A stretch of 64,000 nt of DNA from Candidatus Bathyarchaeota archaeon (GTDB lineage Archaea; Thermoproteota; Bathyarchaeia; Bathyarchaeales; Bathycorpusculaceae), in assembly GCA_963828195.1 (NCBI GenBank), contig CAWHDT010000003.1, positions 160,001 through 224,000 of the forward strand, written 5' to 3'. Both the position numbers and the translations under genes were made by a program. Below are positions 56,922-64,000 of this stretch, one piece after another (the stretch's first letter is position 1; each line of letters opens with the position of its first letter). The notes below the pieces were generated by a model, which saw only the letters and a list, made by a program, of their open reading frames with translations, ran no database searches and was not told where the DNA came from.

Positions 56922-57893
56922 ATGGGAAACATTACAGTCGCCCTCATCGGCGCTTTAGACTACGGCAACAGCCTCGCCAAAAAAGGCACATCCACAGACA
57001 TAACATTCTACAACATAAAAAAAGGCGAAGACACAGTTACCCTTATTGAACCCACACGTTACCCCGAAAGACTGGCACCCCTGTTCTACGCCGTCTCCCT
57101 ATCTAAAGAGGCAATAATAGTTGTGGACCAGCTAGATGCTACTTTTGGCGAGAGCCTAGTTATGCTTCAATGCTCCGACATCAAAAGCGGCTTCATCATT
57201 CTGAGAAACTACATTCCTAAAGAAAAAATCCTGCCGCTTATAAAAGGAACCGTCCTCGAAAAATTTGAATTCGCAAACGATGACCCCAACTATCTAAGAG
57301 AGCAGCTGTTGGCAGAAGCCTCAAAACAAAAAAATGCAGAAGTTCCAGTTGGGCAGCAGTCGGTTGGGACCGTGCCTGTTGACCACTCGTTTAACGTTAA
57401 AGGCGTCGGGGTCGTTGTATTGGGGGTTGTTGCAAACGGAATCGTTCAGAAACATTCGATGCTAAATGTTCTTCCGGGCGGGAAAACAGCGCAGGTCCGC
57501 TCTATCCAAAAACACGATGATGAATTTGACGTTGCAGGCGAAGGCGACCGCGTTGGGCTTGCATTGAAAAACGTCGAAGTGGAAGATTTAGATCGGGGAG
57601 CAGTTTTAACAAATGACCCTTCAATTAAGACTTCTGCCAAGCTGGAAGCCCCTGCTTCTTTGGTTAAGTATTGGCAGACGCCGATAAAGCAGGGCATGGT
57701 TATGCATATTGGTCATTGGGCGCAATTCATCACCGCTAAAGTGGAAACTGTTGCCGAAACAGGCGACCCGAAAAAGCCAACTTTAACCTTATCGCTTGAT
57801 AAACCACTCGTCTACCGCCCACATGACAAGGCAGTGCTGATGTATTTAGAGGGTGCAAAGCTCCGAGTCGCAGGAACAATAGAGCTACCATAA
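56922..57893 (+). CDS. SelB-like/EF-Tu-like translation factor homolog (archaeal SelBL type)
   Basis: KKGTSTDITFYN, P..YPE, VDHSFNVKGVG.V.LG, VRSIQKHD, GDRVGLALK; degenerate P-loop. Confidence 0.9.
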   Translation: MGNITVALIGALDYGNSLAKKGTSTDITFYNIKKGEDTVTLIEPTRYPERLAPLFYAVSLSKEAIIVVDQLDATFGESLVMLQCSDIKSGFIILRNYIPKEKILPLIKGTVLEKFEFANDDPNYLREQLLAEASKQKNAEVPVGQQSVGTVPVDHSFNVKGVGVVVLGVVANGIVQKHSMLNVLPGGKTAQVRSIQKHDDEFDVAGEGDRVGLALKNVEVEDLDRGAVLTNDPSIKTSAKLEAPASLVKYWQTPIKQGMVMHIGHWAQFITAKVETVAETGDPKKPTLTLSLDKPLVYRPHDKAVLMYLEGAKLRVAGTIELP

Positions 57894-57999
57894 CTAACCT
57901 AAACCGTTCAACTGCCATTCAAAAATTTGGGTGAACCATATCGGAGTAGAGTAGGTTTTAAAAGGCAGAAGAGTGAAATAGCATAAATAGAGTGGGAAC

Positions 58000-58308
58000 T
58001 TGAGCGTCGTAAAGGTAATTATGGGCGATTTGGACGAGGAGAAAGAAAACCTCGCTAATTTCTTGCACAGCCAATCCAAATTGAATTCATCAATAACTTC
58101 TTGGGGCTTGGAGCTAAAGATGGATGATGTCTCGACTTTTGTGTTGGCAAGAATGGTGACAAAGTTTGTCTACCGCAAGCATCTAAACGTCACACATTGG
58201 GTTGACGTAAAAAACAACGAGGTCCAAATCAACAGGTTTAAACATCAAAAGGAAGTTAAGAAAAACAAGCATCCAACTACCGCATCAACAATCAAACATG
58301 GGTGGTAA
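58000..58308 (+). CDS. eL22-like ribosomal protein homolog
   Basis: LANFL...L.RMVTKFVYRKHL...WV......I.RF pattern resembles eL22; basic C-terminus. Confidence 0.55.
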   Translation: MSVVKVIMGDLDEEKENLANFLHSQSKLNSSITSWGLELKMDDVSTFVLARMVTKFVYRKHLNVTHWVDVKNNEVQINRFKHQKEVKKNKHPTTASTIKHGW

Positions 58309-58381
58309 AAAAAAGAACGAAAAAGGGCTCTAAAATTTAAATGCATCTCTTAGGTTCTCAATTAAATTTAATTTTTTGAAA

Positions 58382-59032
58382 TTATTTTGCATATACAAGA
58401 TAGGATAAGGCAAGAAAAACGATTGCGATTGAAGCCATCAGTACTCCGAAAAGCAGGCGGTTCTTTCCTGAAACTTTGCCAAGTTGTCTGCCATACCAGA
58501 AAAGCCATGAGACGCCAACTATGTTGGAGATGAACCAGGCTAAAACTTTGTCATGTAAAATTAGGAAGGGCAGGGCAAGCATGAAGCCTACAAACAGGTA
58601 GATGCCGATGATGGATAACCAACCCATAACTTCGTCCGTTGTAAGAGCCTTGCTCTCTCCTAAAGAACTGTGAGGCACATGCGCAATAATATCTCTGGCT
58701 ACTGCTTCCTTGCCTTCATCATCTAAATCTGCCAAGAAAGTGTCCGTTAAACTGCTTTTAACCCTATCCAAAACATTTTCCCCGTTCACAGCAGATTTAA
58801 GTTGCAAAAGTTTGTTTCTAACGTTGTTGCGTTCAATTGAGCTTGAAACAGCATAGATTAAGCCGTCAATAATGCCCCAAGTGGCGCAGGCGCCTAGATT
58901 AACCGCCACAATGTAGATGAATCCTGAGTTAAGGTCCGTTAAGGCAACGTAGCCGTTGATTATTATAACCATCATAACGGCAAATGCAATTTCGCCTGTG
59001 CGGTCAGCATAAGAAAGATATTTCGAAGCCAA
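58382..59032 (-). CDS. VIT1/CCC1-like membrane protein
   Basis: DR.GEI.F, N...WGIIDG, ALPF, LFWYG; five TM helices. Confidence 0.7.
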   Translation of the reverse strand: MASKYLSYADRTGEIAFAVMMVIIINGYVALTDLNSGFIYIVAVNLGACATWGIIDGLIYAVSSSIERNNVRNKLLQLKSAVNGENVLDRVKSSLTDTFLADLDDEGKEAVARDIIAHVPHSSLGESKALTTDEVMGWLSIIGIYLFVGFMLALPFLILHDKVLAWFISNIVGVSWLFWYGRQLGKVSGKNRLLFGVLMASIAIVFLALSYLVYAK

Positions 59033-59168
59033 AAAATCGCCGACAATTATAAATCCGAATCAAGCAAATAACAATTTTGGAAACCAATGTCCCCCCATGA
59101 AACTGCCGTGAAAGCTTCAATAACATTCAAAACGTAATGCCTCATTATTTCCTTATAGAATCGTAAAA

Positions 59169-59612
59169 GTGAAAAATATGTATAGAACTGGCGTCGCGAA
59201 TCTTCCGTTTCACGGCGGCAAAGCTCCTTCATGGCTTACCGTGCGCATGCGTAAGTTAGCCAAAGAAATAGCGGATATTATGGTTGAGGAGCAGGGCACA
59301 GCCAAGTTTATTGAGCGGTTATCTGACCCCTACTGGTTTCAAGCATTCGGCTGCGTCTTAGCCTATGACTGGCACAGCAGCGGAGTAACAACCGTCGTCA
59401 CCGGCATCCTCAAAGGCGCCCTATCGCCGGAAGAGCACGGCATCGCCGTCTGCAGAGGAAAAGGCAAAACCTCAAGAAAAACACCCGCCGACATAGCTTT
59501 GGCTGGCGAAAAATTCGGTTTTTCAGAAGAAACAATCAAAACGCTTACCTACAACAGCAAAATGGCTGCGAAAATAGACAACACCGCCATCCAAGCAGGA
59601 TACCAGCTTTGA
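59169..59612 (+). pseudogene. DUF763 gene 5' part, truncated by the integrated element
   Basis: G.ANLP.HGGKAP.WL, LSDPYWFQAFGCVL..DWHSSG.TT, AKIDNTAIQAGYQL* stops where the family continues (YHH). Confidence 0.88.
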
Positions 59613-59643
59613 ATACATGTTTTTTTCTCGATTACCATGCTTT

Positions 59644-60942
59644 TCACGTGAGCCTACTGTATAGCTTACAGGTTTTTCCGTTCTCGTCAAGCATGGTATC
59701 AAACAGTTCATAGCACATTTGCCTAGCTTCTTCTGCTTGCTCTATCGTATAGACTCGCATTGTCTCATAGCTGCAGTTTTCGTCATCAAAGTCGCCAAAA
59801 TATTTCTCTGTTGAACTTAACCGTTTATGCCCTAGTCGAGCTTGTACTTTTCTCACGTTGAACTGAGTTTTCTTATAGGTTTGGTCTGCAAAATATCGCC
59901 GAAAACTGTGATGATGGATATTAAGCAAATTTGGCATCTGAAGTTTGTCAGCGATTCTTTTCCTGGAACGTGCAAAAGTTGACTGTAGAGCGCGTTTATT
60001 CGGGTTAAAGACGTATGGCGCGTACTTTTTTGGCAAAGATTGAAGCATTGTAATAGTCTGTTGACTAACGTGGATTTTGCGAGATCTGCTTCCCTTTTCT
60101 GGGTGGTTGATATAGACTATTTGACCCGTTACGTCTATCTCATTCCATTGTAACCGCGAAACCTCACCTATTCGAGCGCCGCAATCTGCCAACAACATAC
60201 AAAGCGCTCTTTGTTGTTTGCCGAGATTCTGAAGTAATGTTGTAACTTCATAGGGTTTTGGCGTGTATTGCTGTTTAGGCTCATAGGCGATTTTGGGTTT
60301 TTTAAAAGGAATATCAAACGCCCCGGCGTAACTGATGTATGCCTGAACGTAATGGAATTTTGATGCTGGCGAGAACTGTTCCGTCATCAGAACCGTTAAA
60401 AGACTGTCTGGATTGCTTAAGTTTACACCTTTTTTTCTAAGCGCATTGAGACGTAAAACTCTATGTGTTATGGTTGCGTCTGCTATACCGCGTTTCTTCT
60501 CTTTCCATGCGTATTCTATTAGACTATCTTTTTCTCCCACGCAAACAGTCTTTTCTGCTTGCGATTCCAAATTTTTCGTCTCCTTGACGCATATTTGAAA
60601 CTTACTATTATAGAAAGGTAAAGTATTTAACTCTTTTTCTACAATAGAAAGGCATGATGCATTATGAGAACCTACATCTTCACCGAAAACGAGAGACGCA
60701 CCGTTAGAAACTTTCTCAACGGCACCATCACACGAAGCGATCCCAACCTCATGACGATTCTTTCCAGAATCAAAAGTTTCATCGACCTTTCCAGCGATAT
60801 TGACCTTTACGTCAAGTTGAGAGAAACGGTACCCACAGTTTCGGCATAAATAACGCTGTACTTGAGAACCATTATCTAGATAGCGTAAGCCGTCTTTGTA
60901 ATGACGATCTGAACTGCATTGAGGGCAACAACTAACAACCAT
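59644..60942 (-). CDS. tyrosine recombinase/integrase with N-terminal IS1-InsA-like Zn ribbon
   Basis: GARIGE (R), EKG (K), HSFRR (HxxR), LGH, TEKY (Y); CPQC...YKDG.R...QRYLCRNCGYRF. Confidence 0.95.
   Translation of the reverse strand: MVVSCCPQCSSDRHYKDGLRYLDNGSQVQRYLCRNCGYRFSQLDVKVNIAGKVDETFDSGKNRHEVGIASCDGAVEKVSNGASLVFGEDVGSHNASCLSIVEKELNTLPFYNSKFQICVKETKNLESQAEKTVCVGEKDSLIEYAWKEKKRGIADATITHRVLRLNALRKKGVNLSNPDSLLTVLMTEQFSPASKFHYVQAYISYAGAFDIPFKKPKIAYEPKQQYTPKPYEVTTLLQNLGKQQRALCMLLADCGARIGEVSRLQWNEIDVTGQIVYINHPEKGSRSRKIHVSQQTITMLQSLPKKYAPYVFNPNKRALQSTFARSRKRIADKLQMPNLLNIHHHSFRRYFADQTYKKTQFNVRKVQARLGHKRLSSTEKYFGDFDDENCSYETMRVYTIEQAEEARQMCYELFDTMLDENGKTCKLYSRLT
60664..60849 (+). CDS. 61-aa antisense ORF nested in the integrase gene
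   Basis: MRTYIFTENERRTVRNFLNG...LSSDIDLYVKLRE, amphipathic helical pattern; own TATA (TATTTAA 60624-60630). Confidence 0.6.
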   Translation: MRTYIFTENERRTVRNFLNGTITRSDPNLMTILSRIKSFIDLSSDIDLYVKLRETVPTVSA

Positions 60943-61212
60943 CTTTCTGCTACCAAAACACAGCGAGGCTACCTATCTTTAAATAATTTTCCGTTAAAAA
61001 TTATAGGGTTTTAGGCAGTACAAAAAAATAACATTTATTCAGAAATTTAGCTAAAATTAAGCCTTAAATTGTAAAATACCACTGTTTTCAGCTAATTTAT
61101 TGAAATTTTCACAAGCCAAAAAAATAGACAACTAGAAAACACAACTCGTGTGTTTTATCCAAAAATTTTGCTGGAGGAGGGAGGGGTAGCAGATCCTCCT
61201 AACCCCAGGCGA

Positions 61213-61323
61213 TTAGGCGCCCGCGAAGGTAATAAAAAATGAGTCGAACGCATATAAGACCCACTTCGCCCAGACAATGAGCGTGACACGGACGCCCAAC
61301 CAGCACCTATACAAGGTACCCAT
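61213..61323 (-). CDS. 36-aa hydrophobic micro-ORF MGTLYRCWLGVRVTLIVWAKWVLYAFDSFFITFAGA
   Basis: Begins 6 nt after the stop of 61330-61677; could form a TM helix. Confidence 0.4.
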   Translation of the reverse strand: MGTLYRCWLGVRVTLIVWAKWVLYAFDSFFITFAGA

Positions 61324-61329
61324 GAAGAT

Positions 61330-61677
61330 TTAAGGATTTTTGGTTTTCCAAGGCTTTTTCTGGTATCCCAGAGCATGAGCTTTGTCTGAAAGCAAGACTT
61401 TTCCGCCCGCGATGCAAGAATCGGTCGCAGCAGCTTGCGCGTTATCAATGTCCATGCCTGAAACTCTGAATTTTGAGAACTCTGACATTTCGCACATTGG
61501 ATTAGCCCGCGCGCCGTAAGCGATCAGTAACGCTTCTACGTCCAATGGTGCCTCTATACCTTCAGTTTCAGTCAAAACAGGAGCTGATTCCTCAGCTTTC
61601 GACTCTGCTAAATCGTCCAAACCAAGCTTGTAGCTTCGGGTTTTAATTTTCCCTGGCTCATAAGCATCAAGTGACAT
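61330..61677 (-). CDS. element hypothetical protein
   Basis: 115-aa ORF with GAGGT SD and TTTATA TATA upstream. Confidence 0.65.
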   Translation of the reverse strand: MSLDAYEPGKIKTRSYKLGLDDLAESKAEESAPVLTETEGIEAPLDVEALLIAYGARANPMCEMSEFSKFRVSGMDIDNAQAAATDSCIAGGKVLLSDKAHALGYQKKPWKTKNP

Positions 61678-62174
61678 TTTTACATCATTACCTCAAAAAC
61701 ATGTATAAACTACAAGATATATTAGCTTTTCCGAAAATTTTTACAGTAGTCACTTTCCTATCAAACGTCCAAAAAAAGACCATACCCCATGAGAACGTTT
61801 CCCATAGCGCAATTTCTGGCCAGTAAACAACTGTTTAGAGCGTCTGTACAACCACATACACCCACTATATGGCTTACGTCCGTTCACTTGTATTCGACTG
61901 AACCTGATGCCCTAGGCGTGCCTAACAAAAAAGACCCGTAGCTACGAGTTGACAACAGGCGAGCCTGTCATGTAGACAACCCATCTTTTTCAACTCAAAC
62001 CCCTACCTGGACACAACAAAGTACTCGACTCTTTTTGACCTAACAGGAAAAACCGATTTTTTACATCAGGGCAGTCTTCAAAAAACAAAAATGAAGAAAT
62101 ATGAACGGTTCCCATCCACGACTAGCACTTTTTACACGAAAAAAGCCAGACTAGGAAGCAAAAAACATCACTCG

Positions 62175-62363
62175 TCAATATTTCCAGTCCTTAGTTCCGC
62201 ATGCAGGACACCGAAGAGGCAGCTTTTCAGATCGCGCACGCCAAACCCGACCGCAGTGAGCACATTTACATAACAACCGCCTTTTAGCACGCCGATGCCT
62301 CGGCGCCAACGGAACAGAACTCCGCCTAATCCGATATCTACGCCCATAATGATACCTGTACAC
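62175..62363 (-). CDS. Arg-rich zinc-ribbon protein
   Basis: CAHCG..W......P..CPACG...W motif; abuts the upstream ORF stop. Confidence 0.7.
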   Translation of the reverse strand: MYRYHYGRRYRIRRSSVPLAPRHRRAKRRLLCKCAHCGRVWRARSEKLPLRCPACGTKDWKY

Positions 62364-62714
62364 TCAATGAAACTCCTCAAAATTAGCAAGATCACGATAC
62401 AATTCATCTAAAAGCTCCTTTGCGTCATGAACTAAGGGCAGCGCCTCAAATTGGTAATGAGAACGCCTCAGTTCATCCAAAATAAGGATAATTTGGCTTG
62501 TTTTTACAACAACATCAGCCTCACGGACGATCTTTTCCGTTAAAACCTCTTCCTCTCCCACGTCATCCACCTCTGTATACTTGGCTACTCCAATTTCTAC
62601 CTGAAAAACCTCTTTTTCCCTCAGCCTTTCCACCTTATCCACCATGAAAGCTACTTTTCTACTCAATATTATCCACCTGGATCCTTTTTCTTCCAACGCT
62701 CCAAATAGATCCAA
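62364..62714 (-). CDS. element hypothetical protein
   Basis: 116-aa acidic ORF overlapping the Rep 3' end (start may be the internal Met near 62646). Confidence 0.65.
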   Translation of the reverse strand: MDLFGALEEKGSRWIILSRKVAFMVDKVERLREKEVFQVEIGVAKYTEVDDVGEEEVLTEKIVREADVVVKTSQIILILDELRRSHYQFEALPLVHDAKELLDELYRDLANFEEFH

Positions 62715-63907
62715 CCTTCACGTGAAGGCAAGTAAGCAACGTACCCCTCTTCTTCCTCGGCAAGCCCTAATTTTTTGTCGCCAACATAAACGATATCCTG
62801 CAGGACGTGACCCCATGGACACTGCTCTTCTTTTTTGCCGTGTAATTCTGACTTTTTAAGGGGAAGTTTGGAATATCCCAAGCTACCAAACCAAGTTACT
62901 ACGTGCCCATGACCAGGAGGCACGCTTGCATGCCCCAACTCATAGAAAATCGTACCAGCTAGGCTATTCCGTAACCCTTTGTTTTTCTGGAAAAAACCCG
63001 CATTCTTTTGAACTTTCAAGGCATTACTACGAGTAGCAACAATACATACGTCACCCTCTTTGTAAAGGGAAGTTTGCAATACTGGAGTACCCTTACAATG
63101 TACCCAACCATACGTGTAAACCTCAGCTATTTTATCTCCGTCAATATCCTTAGAATAACCTACAAAATGAAAATGAGGGCTAAAATAAGGCTTTCCATGA
63201 TTAAACCGTTTCGAGTGAAAAACACAACTGCCACCTTCAAAACCGACCAGCTTAGCGGCTATTAACGAAAAACGCTTCATTTTTGCGACGCTCCAAGTGT
63301 AAAATTTGGCTGGAACACTCACAAAATAGTGTAGTTGCTTACCTTCCGTCCCGTTTTTTTCATCATAAGCAACAAATCGTTTAAGCTGCCTAGCAGTTTC
63401 GCGCGCACGCCAACGCTGCAGGCAAATCGGACAGCTAGGCCTATGGCACCAAAAACGCTGAACCCTAACAAAAGCACCATTAGCCAAACATTCATCATGG
63501 ACGACAAGATTTTGGTGAATCGCATCATCCAACTGTTTAGGTTCATGGTCTTCCAAGCAGCCTACAAAAAAAGGCATCCCACACGTAGTTTTAGCGTGCC
63601 CATGACCAACCAAATCCCAGTCAGCTTCAAAAATCTGGAAAGGCAGATCAGCCAAAATAGTGTTACTTGGGATATTACTGATAATAGCCTCGTCGTCGCC
63701 ACTTGGCGACGTGGGCGGGATACCCGACGCTAAAAAACGTACTTCATCAAACTCTAGGACTTGCTCATCGGTCAATTTTAAAATCTGCTTTCCAACTGCC
63801 GAAAGAACACCAGTATTTTTGAAATCGTTAGCTTCTTGGATTAAACCAGCAGACCATAACTTACAATAAATATAGTTGGATCGATCCAGCTCCTGAAGAA
63901 CTGACAA
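62669..63907 (-). CDS. rep: rolling-circle replication initiator (HUH endonuclease)
   Basis: Motif I HYFVSVP, motif II SPHFHFVGY, motif III FYELGH, N-terminal CHRPSCPIC Zn motif. Confidence 0.85.
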   Translation of the reverse strand: MSVLQELDRSNYIYCKLWSAGLIQEANDFKNTGVLSAVGKQILKLTDEQVLEFDEVRFLASGIPPTSPSGDDEAIISNIPSNTILADLPFQIFEADWDLVGHGHAKTTCGMPFFVGCLEDHEPKQLDDAIHQNLVVHDECLANGAFVRVQRFWCHRPSCPICLQRWRARETARQLKRFVAYDEKNGTEGKQLHYFVSVPAKFYTWSVAKMKRFSLIAAKLVGFEGGSCVFHSKRFNHGKPYFSPHFHFVGYSKDIDGDKIAEVYTYGWVHCKGTPVLQTSLYKEGDVCIVATRSNALKVQKNAGFFQKNKGLRNSLAGTIFYELGHASVPPGHGHVVTWFGSLGYSKLPLKKSELHGKKEEQCPWGHVLQDIVYVGDKKLGLAEEEEGYVAYLPSREGWIYLERWKKKDPGG

Positions 63908-63908
63908 C

Positions 63909-64000
63909 CTAGTGACGCCTCTCTGCTGCTCTTGCAGAGTCAGCCTCTTTTGAGGCTGTAAACGACTCTTTTTTAGAAGTAGCCTTTATTTTAGCCTCGT
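63909..64000 (-). CDS. 3' end of an element ORF upstream of rep (partial)
   Basis: ...EAKIKATSKKESFTASKEADSARAAERRH* ends immediately before the rep TTG. Confidence 0.45.
   Translation of the reverse strand, partial: EAKIKATSKKESFTASKEADSARAAERRH

Larger units (their letters stand above)
59610..64000. mobile_element. integrated rolling-circle-replicating virus/plasmid-like element (right end outside window)
   Basis: Tyrosine integrase at the edge, HUH Rep, co-oriented small ORFs, interrupted host gene. Confidence 0.85.

Noticed and set aside
56922-57893. Selenocysteine system suggested by the SelB-like gene
   Set aside because: It is the short SelB-like type with a degenerate G domain. I saw no in-frame UGA selenoprotein, SECIS or tRNA-Sec in the window.

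Overview
Archaeal chromosomal DNA, most consistent with Bathyarchaeia. This rests on archaeal uS12/uS7/P1 genes, BRE-TATA promoters, PEF-CTERM-like surface proteins, DUF5752 proteins and a BHB-type tRNA intron; the taxon is inferred, not verified by search. The left 34 kb is mostly accessory and metabolic. It holds MFS and CDF transporters, many secreted or membrane-anchored proteins, an Fe-S operon, AlkA, a PQQ-propeller protein, an M20 peptidase, hcp, a GH5 glycoside hydrolase, an F420-dependent NADP reductase and a sulfite-oxidase-like enzyme. The Fe-S operon encodes a NapH-like membrane protein, a double-cubane-type reductase, two ATP-dependent activases and a BzdM-like ferredoxin. About 34.4-39.5 kb is an AT-rich toxin-antitoxin/defence-like island. 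About 39.7-59.6 kb is mainly housekeeping: rps12, rps7, DRG GTPase, glycosyltransferases, a histidine kinase, tRNA-Ala(GGC) with a T-arm intron, MIPS, PGI/PMI, a SPOUT methyltransferase, a presenilin-like protease, rpl12, a SelB-like factor and an eL22-like protein. From about 59.6 kb to the window end is an integrated element that truncates a DUF763 gene. It encodes a tyrosine integrase with a nested antisense gene and a rolling-circle HUH Rep. Signals the ORF track does not explain include a 26-bp promoter-abutting motif at five loci, a promoter-bearing ~136-nt structured RNA, a modular dispersed hairpin repeat, several micro-ORFs, a probable ATC start codon and a tRNA 3'-end fragment. All family calls come from motif recognition by eye.
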